Shown piece by piece: positions 47,435 through 56,800 of a DNA stretch of 64,000 nucleotides. Under the pieces are notes generated by a model. The model was not told the DNA's origin and did no database searches. It saw nothing but the letters and a program-made list of their open reading frames with translations. The DNA comes from Bacteroidota bacterium (GTDB lineage: Bacteria; Bacteroidota; Bacteroidia; 2-12-FULL-35-15), in assembly GCA_029237775.1 (NCBI GenBank), contig JAQZBR010000006.1, positions 194,159-258,158 of the forward strand. Reading direction: 5' to 3'. Numbering within the stretch: the stretch's first letter is position 1; each line of letters begins with the position of its first letter. Made by a program: the position numbers and the translations under genes.

Positions 47435-48043
47435 TTAGCTATTAAAGATTTTTTTGCGTATCCGGCTGAGGGTTTCCGGGCTTATTCCGAGATAAGAAGC
47501 GATATAATGTTGCGGAACACGCTGAAAAAGTCTGGGTCTTTCTTTTAAAAGGTTCAGGTATCTTGTTTCACCGCTGAGCGTTTGCATTTCAGCCATCTTC
47601 TGTTGAAGCAATGATGCCCATCTCTGATAACCGGTTAGATGTGCCTGCGCCCACCACGAAAAGTCAGTAAATGCTTTTTCCCAGTTCTCCGGGGAGATAG
47701 TGAGGAGGCTGCATTCTTCAATGGCCTGAAAGTTAAAGACGCTTGGCGTTTTTGCGCGCATTGCGGGCAGGTCTCCTATCCAATGTCGTTCTTCAGCAAA
47801 GTATACTATTGATTCGTCACCGGCTTCATTAACAGTGTACTGTCGCAGGCAGCCTGCTAAGACAAATATTGAGAACTTTGGCGCTTCACCTGCATGTAGG
47901 ATGAATTCATTTTTTTTGAAAGTTTTAAATTCCCAAAGCCTGAGAAACTCTTCATATTTGGCTTGTGGAAGATCAACTCTCTTTTTTAATTCTTCAAAAA
48001 ACAAAGTGGGGTCAAAGCTGTATGTATTATTCTTGCCTGGCAT
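47435..48043 (-). CDS. Crp/Fnr-family transcriptional regulator
   Basis: cNMP-binding fold + C-terminal HTH ..VPQHYIASYLGISPETLSRIRKK. Confidence 0.7.
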   Translation of the reverse strand: MPGKNNTYSFDPTLFFEELKKRVDLPQAKYEEFLRLWEFKTFKKNEFILHAGEAPKFSIFVLAGCLRQYTVNEAGDESIVYFAEERHWIGDLPAMRAKTPSVFNFQAIEECSLLTISPENWEKAFTDFSWWAQAHLTGYQRWASLLQQKMAEMQTLSGETRYLNLLKERPRLFQRVPQHYIASYLGISPETLSRIRKKIFNS

Positions 48044-48078
48044 TCACTTTAAATATACAAAGTTTCGGTGTAAAAGGA

Positions 48079-48699
48079 CTATTCTTTTAGAAAGCTGCAA
48101 AACAGAAAGTTTTGATTTGTGTCAAAAGGAGTCTGGTGGTCAATTGTAGTACATGCTATTTTTCTGAATCCTTTTTTAAATAACTGTGAAATGGATTGTT
48201 CAGAGTATTGACGAACTTCGATTCCGCTGCATTTTGTCGGCCCGCTCTCGCTAAAGGTTCCAATTATAAGGGTACCTCCAGGGTTAAGGCTGTTGTATAC
48301 TGCAGAGAAATAATTTTTTATTTCTGAGTCATTAGTAAGGAAGTGAAATGCCGCTCTGTCGTGCCAAAGGTCATATTTTTCGTCCGGTGAGAAATTTCCT
48401 GCATCCCGAACGAGCCATTTCACCTTTGATGCTTTATTTCCAAGCCGTATTTTAGCTTTGTCTAATGCGGTTTCGGAAATATCAAGTACCGTAATATTTT
48501 TGTATCCCCTTTCTAAAAGTGCATCCACCAGGTAGCTGTCGCCACCTCCTATATCAATAATGTGTGAGTCTTTTGAGATTCCGCTGGATTCAATAAGTTC
48601 GAGAGATGTTTCCGGGATGGGCTGGTACCAGCTTACATTGTTGAGTTGTTTCGTCTGGTAGATGTTTTCCCAATGTCCTTTTTTATCAAAATTTTCCAT
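48079..48699 (-). CDS. Class I SAM-dependent methyltransferase
   Basis: Motif I IIDIGGGDSYLVDALLERG, motif II ..VLDISETAL.., post I/III. Confidence 0.75.
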   Translation of the reverse strand: MENFDKKGHWENIYQTKQLNNVSWYQPIPETSLELIESSGISKDSHIIDIGGGDSYLVDALLERGYKNITVLDISETALDKAKIRLGNKASKVKWLVRDAGNFSPDEKYDLWHDRAAFHFLTNDSEIKNYFSAVYNSLNPGGTLIIGTFSESGPTKCSGIEVRQYSEQSISQLFKKGFRKIACTTIDHQTPFDTNQNFLFCSFLKE

Positions 48700-48763
48700 A
48701 TTCTAAATATTTGGACAAAGTTATTCTGGTGTTAATGGATTGAATTTAACATATGTTAAATAA

Positions 48764-49327
48764 TCATTTGAGGCCGCGAATCCTGCTTAGACTCACCTGG
48801 GTAATCCCGAGATAGGAGGAGATATACTTGAGAGGGATTCTTTTGATTACATCGGGTGCTTGTCGGATCAACGTGTTGTAACGCTCTTCAGCTGTGTTAA
48901 ACTGGAGGCTTTCAATTCTATTTACAGTATTAACATACGAACTTTCAATAATTTTCCTGAATAGCCTTTCAAGTTCGGGGAACTGATCAAACAGCTGAAA
49001 TAGCTTTTGTGAATGAATTGCAACGAGTGATACGTTTTCTAAGGCCTGAATTCCCTTGCGTGACGGTTTCCCGGTAAAGAGGCTTTCGGCCCTTGCCACG
49101 AAAGAGTTTTCAAATTCAAAGCTTTCGGTGATGTCTGTGTCATTTTTAAAATAATAAACCCTGAGAGCTCCCTCTTGAACAAAATAGATGGTTTTGCATG
49201 TATGTCCGATCCGCTGCACATCCTCTCCTTTCAAAAGCTCCACTTCCCTGGAAATATTGACCAACGCCTTTTCGGCTTCGGCCGTGACAGGATGTATTGC
49301 TTTTATTTGAAGAAGAAGCTGATGCAT
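48764..49327 (-). CDS. Crp/Fnr-family transcriptional regulator
   Basis: cNMP-binding fold + C-terminal HTH ..IPLKYISSYLGITQVSLSRIRG. Confidence 0.7.
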   Translation of the reverse strand: MHQLLLQIKAIHPVTAEAEKALVNISREVELLKGEDVQRIGHTCKTIYFVQEGALRVYYFKNDTDITESFEFENSFVARAESLFTGKPSRKGIQALENVSLVAIHSQKLFQLFDQFPELERLFRKIIESSYVNTVNRIESLQFNTAEERYNTLIRQAPDVIKRIPLKYISSYLGITQVSLSRIRGLK

Positions 49328-49429
49328 TCATTAAAAATAACAAAAAGTTCCTCAACGTCAATTCTTTTATGCTGGCAGATAGTTAATCCTATAATGCAAT
49401 GAATATTTTATTAAAATTTTGTTAAAAAT

Positions 49430-49449
49430 ATATTTGATATATCAAATAT
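49430..49449. promoter_or_regulatory. Perfect 20-bp palindrome ATATTTGATATATCAAATAT in the MarR promoter region (candidate MarR operator)
   Basis: Its reverse complement equals itself. It lies 37 nt upstream of the MarR ATG. Confidence 0.45.
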
Positions 49450-49485
49450 TGATAAATCATTATTATATTTGTGCAAAATGCTGCA

Positions 49486-49920
49486 ATGGAACAATTAAAC
49501 AATGTCATCTTTTATACAATTGATAAATCGATACGCACTTATCGCCAGTACGCACAAAGACAGTTAAAGAATGCCGGATATTCCATAACTATAGATCAAT
49601 GGCTGGTAATAAAAACATTACTTGAGAACCCGGATATCAAGCAGCAGGAGTTGGGAGAAAAAATATTTAAAGATAATGCTTCAGTTACCCGGATCATTGA
49701 GTTACTCGTAAGGGCAAAATACCTTAAACGAAGAAACAACACGGAAGACAGAAGAAGGACCGGGCTTGAAGTAACTGAAAAAGGGAAAGAAACCATTGCA
49801 GACGTTCATAAGATTGTTTTAAAAAATCGGTCTGTTGCATTGGAAGGTATCAGTAAAACTGAACTTGAAACCGTAAAAAAGGTACTTATGAAAATAACTA
49901 AAAACTGCCAGGACGATTAA
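49486..49920 (+). CDS. MarR-family transcriptional regulator
   Basis: Winged HTH ..ITIDQWLVIKTLLENPDIKQQELGEKIFKDNASVTRIIELLVRAKYLKRRNNTEDRRRTGLEVTEKG. The ATG at 49486 was preferred over the GTG ORF-track start. Confidence 0.7.
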   Translation: MEQLNNVIFYTIDKSIRTYRQYAQRQLKNAGYSITIDQWLVIKTLLENPDIKQQELGEKIFKDNASVTRIIELLVRAKYLKRRNNTEDRRRTGLEVTEKGKETIADVHKIVLKNRSVALEGISKTELETVKKVLMKITKNCQDD

Positions 49921-50051
49921 TGAAAATAAATTAACATAATTAAAGGTATTGAATGGCAAACGGACGTGCTACAACAAGTTTGTCAGATCAATAAAAGGGA
50001 ATGGTTCGTAGCATTTCCATTCCCTTCTTTTAATTTTTAAAATTAACAACC

Positions 50052-52484
50052 ATGAAAAAAAACTTATTTATTGTAGCAATTCTGATTCTTCAATCCTTTA
50101 TGTGCTCAGCCATTGAAGGAGTAACCCTTAAAGGTCGCATCGTTGATCCGACCAATGTTCCCCAGCCATTTGCCACTGTTCTCTTAAAGTCTGGCATCGA
50201 TTCTTCCCTCTATAAGGGTGAAATCACTAACGATAAAGGCCAGTTCCTGTTTGAAAATTTAAAAGATGGTGACTATTATATTCAGATCCAGATCGTTGGA
50301 TATGAAAAAAATATAATCTCTCCCATTCATCTCGAATTAAGCAATCCTATGGTCGATCTTGGAACTATAAGGATGAAAGCCGGATCGAAGGAACTAGCGA
50401 CAGTGAATGTTCAGGCAGAAAAGCCTTTTATTGAGCAGCAGACTGATAAGACCGTTGTGAATATTGAAAACAGCATTATCCAGAATGGTTCTTCTATCAT
50501 GGAAGTTATGGAAAAGCTCCCGGGAATTATGATCGACCAGAATGACAAAATAAGCCTGAGAGGAAAACAGGGGGTTATAATCATGATTGATGGAAGACCA
50601 ACGGGAATGTCGGGCCAGGATCTGGCGACAATGCTCAAAGGAATCCCTTCCTCCAATATTCAAAAAATTGAGCTCATTACCAATCCGTCAGCAAAGTATG
50701 ATGCTGCCGGAAATGCCGGTATCATCAATATCGTAATGAAGAAAAATAAGCGGGAAGGGTTTAATGGCAGTGTAAGTACAGGGTTTGGCCAGGGGAGATA
50801 TTCAAAATACAATGGAAGCATGAGCCTTAACTATAAAAATAAAAACTATAACTTGTTTTTAAATTACAGTTATGCCAAACGTTTAGGATTTAATAATCTA
50901 ACGATTGACAGAAAATTTTACAATGCTAATGATAGCATCAATACAATTTACAGAACGGAGAATTATATTCTGTATCCTACCGAAAGCCACGCTCCACGCA
51001 TAGGTATTGATTTTTATTTGTCACCGAAAACAACATTATCATTATTGGGAAGCGGAGGGACGACTCAGTTTCGACCGAAAGGAGTCGATAACACTAAGAT
51101 CCTTGATGGTAATGAGCAAGTGATATACAGTTACGATTTTGTGAGTGATTCCAAAGACAATTGGTATAATTATTCCGGTAATGCTGAATTAAAGCATCAG
51201 CTCGATAGCATCGGTCAGGAAATTACGGTAGACCTCGACTATGCTAAATACTGGAACACAACCAATCAATCGTTTTTAACTACATATCACCATAGTGATG
51301 GAAGCTTTATGAGTGAAGATGACCTGCTCAATGAACAAAAGAGCGATCTCAGCCTTTACTCGTTGAAAGCCGACTACAGCAAGCCACTAAAAAAAGAATA
51401 TAGCTTTGATGCAGGTTTAAAATCAAGCTACGTTTCTTCGGATAATAACATTCTTTTTTATTCATTGATGAATAGCGAAGAAACATTTGACAGTGCGAGA
51501 AGCAGTCATTTCCTATATTCAGAAAACATCAATGCTGCGTATGTTAATCTGAAAAAGAATTATAAGAAAGTCTCGTATCAGTTAGGGTTGCGTTCTGAGC
51601 AGACTATAGCCAGAGGTAAACAACTGATGAATTTGAAAACTTTTAACAGGAGCTATATTCAGGTGTTTCCGACTGCGTACATTAATTTTAAGCCTTCGGA
51701 AAAACACAATTTAAATCTTAGCCTGGGAAGAAGGATTGACAGGCCGGCATACGAACAGATGAATCCATATCGCAGCCTGATCAATGCAACTACATACAGC
51801 GAAGGAAATCCTTACCTGTTACCACAATTGACCTATAACACTGAACTTTCATATTCCTATAACAATGCATTTTTTGCACAATTTACTTACAGCTTAACGG
51901 AAGATAACATCACTGATGTTTTGATCCAGGATTCTGAAACGCAAACCACTTCGCAAACAGTTGTGAACCTGAACAAGCTGAATTTCTACAGTGTTAATTT
52001 ATCCTACTCGAAAAAGCTGACAAAATGGTGGAGCACCAATACTAGTTTGCTCACGTACTACGGCATGTATAGCGGCACAATTAAAAACAATTATATCAGT
52101 CAGGGGACACCATCTATCTATCTCAACACAAGCAACAGTTTCTTCATTATTGACGGACTCTCGGCTGAGCTGAGTTTTCGCTACAGTCATAAAGCGCTTA
52201 ATGGGATCACCACCGAACTTACAACTTATAACCTTTCTGCAGGAATTCAGAAAACGGTGCTGAAGAAAAAGGGAACTATCACTGTGAATATGTCAGATAT
52301 TCTTTGGTCTGCATACCCAAGCGGGGTCACTGAGTTTGATAATGTTCGTGAAGACTGGACTGCAAAGCGTGATACACGTGTTCTCAATGTGAGCTTTGCT
52401 TATAAATTCGGAAAAGGAAAATCTGCCAAAATGAGGAAAAATACCGGTGCAGATGATGAGAAGGGACGCATTAAGGGAGGTTAA
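50052..52484 (+). CDS. Outer-membrane beta-barrel family protein (CarboxypepD_reg-like + plug + TonB-dependent-receptor-like barrel)
   Basis: Signal peptide, CRD-like LKGRIVDPTNVPQPFATVLL, plug-like ..ISLRGKQGVIIMIDGRP.., a long Tyr/Ser/Asn-rich barrel, and a C-terminal ..NVSFAYKFGKG. Confidence 0.7.
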   Translation: MKKNLFIVAILILQSFMCSAIEGVTLKGRIVDPTNVPQPFATVLLKSGIDSSLYKGEITNDKGQFLFENLKDGDYYIQIQIVGYEKNIISPIHLELSNPMVDLGTIRMKAGSKELATVNVQAEKPFIEQQTDKTVVNIENSIIQNGSSIMEVMEKLPGIMIDQNDKISLRGKQGVIIMIDGRPTGMSGQDLATMLKGIPSSNIQKIELITNPSAKYDAAGNAGIINIVMKKNKREGFNGSVSTGFGQGRYSKYNGSMSLNYKNKNYNLFLNYSYAKRLGFNNLTIDRKFYNANDSINTIYRTENYILYPTESHAPRIGIDFYLSPKTTLSLLGSGGTTQFRPKGVDNTKILDGNEQVIYSYDFVSDSKDNWYNYSGNAELKHQLDSIGQEITVDLDYAKYWNTTNQSFLTTYHHSDGSFMSEDDLLNEQKSDLSLYSLKADYSKPLKKEYSFDAGLKSSYVSSDNNILFYSLMNSEETFDSARSSHFLYSENINAAYVNLKKNYKKVSYQLGLRSEQTIARGKQLMNLKTFNRSYIQVFPTAYINFKPSEKHNLNLSLGRRIDRPAYEQMNPYRSLINATTYSEGNPYLLPQLTYNTELSYSYNNAFFAQFTYSLTEDNITDVLIQDSETQTTSQTVVNLNKLNFYSVNLSYSKKLTKWWSTNTSLLTYYGMYSGTIKNNYISQGTPSIYLNTSNSFFIIDGLSAELSFRYSHKALNGITTELTTYNLSAGIQKTVLKKKGTITVNMSDILWSAYPSGVTEFDNVREDWTAKRDTRVLNVSFAYKFGKGKSAKMRKNTGADDEKGRIKGG

Positions 52485-52537
52485 GAAATTGAATATACGT
52501 CAATGATGCTCTGACCACAGCAAAAAAGCAAAACATG

Positions 52538-52574
52538 AAAACGAGAAGCCTAACTGTAGACTTCTCGTTTTTTA
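52538..52574 (+). terminator. Rho-independent terminator (aaacgagaag...cttctcgttt followed by a T-run)
   Basis: 10-bp stem, 12-nt loop, ttttt. Confidence 0.55.
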
Positions 52575-52681
52575 ATTAATTGATCAATTACTGCGAGGTT
52601 GCATCACTTACAGATGAAAAAATAAAATCCTTCCTATTGAACCGGAAGGATTTTAATTTACACCCGTATTTACTTTTGCGC

Positions 52682-53170
52682 TTATGATTTTGCAAGCATT
52701 TCTGCCAGGTAATTTAACGTCATAGTAAATCCTCCCTGGAAGCCCATTTCAATCTGCTGTTCCATGCGTTCACGTGATTCATTAAAGATGGTGATGTTCA
52801 CTGTTGTGATCCCATCCTTTTCGCTGAAGCTCAGATCCCAATCAGATCCGGGTAAATTTGGATTACCATCTTTGTCTGCAAAAGCATTCAAATATTTAAA
52901 ATTAGTTTTTGGAGTAATGGAAGTGTATTCCTGAACAGAGTAGTGTTCCTGTCCTTCAGGGCCTACCATTGCATACAACCTTTTCCCGCCCACTTTAAAA
53001 TCCATGATCTTTGTTCTGGATTCCCACGGCTTAGGAGCCCACCATTGGTCGAGAATTTCTTTTTTTGTGAAAGCATCCCATACCAGTGGAAGCTCAGCAT
53101 CAAATTCGCGGTTTACAAAAACCGTTTTCTTTTCTATGTCTACGATAAAATCGAATAATAGATTGTTCAT
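52682..53170 (-). CDS. SRPBCC-superfamily (AHSA1/activator-of-Hsp90-ATPase-like) protein
   Basis: ..[60 protein letters not shown].. typical of AHSA1/SRPBCC. It overlaps the arsR-type gene by 4 nt. Confidence 0.7.
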   Translation of the reverse strand: MNNLLFDFIVDIEKKTVFVNREFDAELPLVWDAFTKKEILDQWWAPKPWESRTKIMDFKVGGKRLYAMVGPEGQEHYSVQEYTSITPKTNFKYLNAFADKDGNPNLPGSDWDLSFSEKDGITTVNITIFNESRERMEQQIEMGFQGGFTMTLNYLAEMLAKS

Positions 53171-53538
53171 TTTTTCTGTTTTTTAATTGTGGATAATACA
53201 TTGTCGAGTTGATTAAACCGGGTTTCCCAAAGCTTTCTGAATTGAGCCATCCATTTATCAATCTCTTTCATTTTTTCTACTTTAAGAGAATAATATATTT
53301 CACGCCCCTGTTGTTCCTGTTTTACTAACTCGCATTCAACGAGTATTCTGAGATGTTTGGAAACAGATTGGCGGCTAGTGTGAAAATTATCAGCAATGGC
53401 ATTGGGTGTCATTGCCTGTAAGGTGATCAAGGTAATGATTGCGCGTCTCGTGGGATCAGCAATTGCCTGGAAAATATCTCTTCTCATCATCTTAAAAAGT
53501 TTAGTTGTGAAACTAATCGGTTGCAAATATAAGCGCAA
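53167..53538 (-). CDS. ArsR/SmtB-family metalloregulator-type transcriptional regulator
   Basis: ..[51 protein letters not shown].. winged-HTH signature. Confidence 0.8.
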   Translation of the reverse strand: MRLYLQPISFTTKLFKMMRRDIFQAIADPTRRAIITLITLQAMTPNAIADNFHTSRQSVSKHLRILVECELVKQEQQGREIYYSLKVEKMKEIDKWMAQFRKLWETRFNQLDNVLSTIKKQKK

Positions 53539-53574
53539 CCGTTTGGTTTCGCAAATTTATTTTTATCATCTGCG

Positions 53575-53612
53575 CTGCGAATGATGAGAAGGGCAGGATC
53601 AAGGGAGGTTAG
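53575..53612 (+). repeat. Orphan copy of the 3' end of an outer-membrane barrel gene (direct repeat of 52455-52492; encodes ..NDEKGRIKGG*)
   Basis: gaatgatgagaagggcaggatcaagggaggttag matches gatgatgagaagggacgcattaagggaggttaag at the stop of the 810-aa gene. Its short open frame translates to ..ANDEKGRIKGG* versus ..ADDEKGRIKGG*. Confidence 0.45.
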
Positions 53613-53711
53613 GAATTACTGCGCAATCCAAACTTTATTTAGAATTTTAAAATACTGTTTGGAAATTGAGTGCGGCATGCCGCGGAGCATTCTGTTCTTG
53701 TGCCTGTGCCG

Positions 53712-53775
53712 GGAAAAAAAAACCAAAAAATCTAAGAAAGTGCTTCAGCTCTCTCCCTTAGATTTTTTGGTAAAA
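53712..53775 (-). terminator. Rho-independent terminator for the 1535-aa gene (hairpin aaatctaag...cttagattt, followed by a T-run on the minus strand)
   Basis: On the minus strand: stem, ~22-nt loop, then ttttttggttttttttt, immediately 3' of the stop at 53816. Confidence 0.45.
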
Positions 53776-53815
53776 TGTAAACAGTACGCAACTACCCGAA
53801 CTTATCTAATTCAAT

Positions 53816-56800
53816 TTATTGGATAACAACTTTTTTATAAACTTTTGACTTAGTCGTTTCTATACATAAAGAATATAACCCTTTTGACAGCGATGTGAGA
53901 TCAAGAACGTTATTACCGGGTTCAATCTCTAATCTCTCACTAACTTTCTGGCCCAGCGAGTTATAGATGGTGATTGTATATTTTGATTTCAGGTCAGGCA
54001 GCAATACATTTAATAAATCATCAGCCGGGTTTGGCGAAACTGATATTAGATCAGAGAGAACATTTAATTCATCATAATCTGTAGCAAAGCCGCTGTTCTT
54101 GATGTTTGAACGGGTTGTATTTACAGTGGCACGTGTAGGGTTACAAATATTTCCGGAGAGCCAGTTCACATCCACACGGTATCTCGCATTTGGATAACTT
54201 GCATAGTTAACATCGGTAAATGAATTATTGCTGCCCGGTATGATCTGCAGAAGAACAAAATTTCCCGTGGCGTTGTCGTCCCTGTAAAAGTTGTATGACG
54301 CTACCTGGTTTGCTGTATTTTCGATTTCATAAAAAGTCCACTGGAAATTACCAAAGCTTAAGTATTGAAGATGTATGGAATTATGATATAAACCAAAGTT
54401 TCCAATAGATCCGCAAGTGTCCAGTACTTTTACTTTGTATTTGTAATTGGTGGAATTCGGATTAGCCGAAAAGTCGTTATACAGACTTAAAGAATCGCGG
54501 TGAACTGCTCCAATTTGCTGATAGTTACCAAGAGTTATTTCCCTGTAAATGACAAAACTGTCTATATTACTTACGTCTGCAGGCTTCTCCCATACTACAA
54601 TATTGTAGTTGCCTGTTGCCGAATCTGCTGTTACAACACAAATTTCCTGCAGAGGGATAAGGTTAAGGATAGAAACAGGAATTGTTTTAGTACAGCCTTT
54701 ATTATCTGTTACAGTTACAGTATAACTGCCGACAGCTAAATTGTTGGCAGAAGAATTTGTGCCGCCCGTTGGGGACCAATTATAAGTGTAAGGAGCTGTC
54801 CCTCCGGAAGCAGAGACGCTAGCACTTCCATCAGAAGAAGATGCGCATGTAACATTTACCACAGAGCTTACTACTCCCGATAATACCGGAGGTTGCGTTA
54901 TAGTGACCAGGGTTTGGGCTAAACAACCGTTCAGGTCATTCACTGTAACCGTGTATGTCGCTGCACTAAGATTTGAAGCCAGCGTGCCCGTTGTACCGAT
55001 CGGTGCCCACGAAAATGAATTTCCTCCTGAGCCACCTGTTGCAGTAACGCTGGCAGAACCGTTGTTGCCACCGAAGCAGGAAACATTCAGCTGAGAAGAA
55101 ACACTAATGTTAAGTTGAGATGGTTGCGAGATAACAAAAGGAACGGTCGACTGGCAGCCTTTTGAATCGGTAACTGTTACAGTGTACGAATTTGCAGTAA
55201 GCGTTGAAGACGAATTAGAGCTGCCGCCTGAAGGGCTCCATGAGTATGTGTACGGTGGAGTTCCTCCTGTCACGCCAATCGATGCAAATCCGTTACTTCC
55301 ACCAAAGCAGGTTACGTTTGACTGTGATAATAATGTAGCTGCCAATGGAGCAGAAGGTTGAGCGATAGTGATCGTCTGACTTACTGTAAGTCCAAAATTA
55401 TCCGTCACTGTGACTGTATGAGTTCCGCCTTCAAGATTTGTTGCAAGTGAATCTGTAATTCCGGATGGAGACCAGAGGTAAGTATAAGGAGGCTGGTTTC
55501 CATTTGGTGTAACATATGCGCTGCCATCAGTATCACCGTAGCAGGAAACAGAGCCGTTCACCAATGTAGTTGTTATAGTAAAAAAAGATTGTTGAAACTG
55601 CGATACAAAGAGATCCGAATTAGTACCTGCCGTGAGGTTTGTTTGAGTGAAATTATCGGGGTCAAAATCGGTGGTGCCTTCAAAGGAACCAACATAAGTT
55701 ACAACACCGGAGTTGTCGGTATAAATGGCATTGCCTTCATCTGTGCCGGCCGAACCAATACTTTTCGCAAAAATTATGTCCCCCGTTGAATTATAGCGCG
55801 CGATAAAAACATCTGAAGTTGCATTATTGGAGACCAGATAAAAGTTGCTTGAACCTGAAGGGTCAAAATCAACTGTACCTGAAAAAGTACCTGTCAGATT
55901 TACATTCCCGCTTCCGTCTACGCTCAGGCTGTTGGAAATGGTGCCTGCTATTGGGTTTGCATACGAATAATTTCCTGTTGATGTGTACTTCGCAAAAAAT
56001 GCGGAACTTCCAGAAACCGATGTTAAATTGGCCGTAGAAGAAGAAGGGTTGAAATCAGCGGTGCCAGAAAAGCTTCCGGTAATATATATATTACCTGAAT
56101 TATCAACCTTTAATTGTTTTCCGAGCTCGTTTGCTGAACCTGAGATCTGTTTCACAAAGATCAGTGTTCCTGAATTGCTGTATTTACCGAAATAGACATC
56201 CGAGCCTCCCGCAGAAGTAAGATTGCTTGTGCCACTGTTCGGGTCAAAATCTGCTGATGCAGAAAAACTTCCGGTGAGTATAAGATTGTTGGAGGCATCA
56301 AGCGTAAGAGAAGAACAATAATCATCTCCTGATCCTCCCAGTTGTTTCACATATGTTAAATTTCCAACATTGCTATATTTAGCGAAGTATGCATCATTTG
56401 TACCTGCATTCGAGACAAGGTATGCGGTTCCGGGAGAAGGATCAAAATCAGAAGTTCCCGAAAAATTACCGCCAGCATATATATTTCCTGAGACATCAAT
56501 TGAAATCGTATTTGATGTTTCGGTGCCAGCTCCCGTAATCTGCTTTACAAAAACATAATTGCCATTAACATCATACTTTCCGATGAATGCATCAATTGAT
56601 GCAGCGGTTATATTTACAACGGCCGTTGCCGGATCAAAATCAGGTGTTCCGGTAAATGTTCCTGTTACGTAGATATTGTTTGCGGCATCGCGGGCTATCG
56701 CTGTGGGAACAACACTTGTACCGATAACCTTGGCGAACTGGCATATCCCGGCTGAATTATATTTAGCGAAGAAGCCTGAGGTGCCTATGCCAGATTGAGT

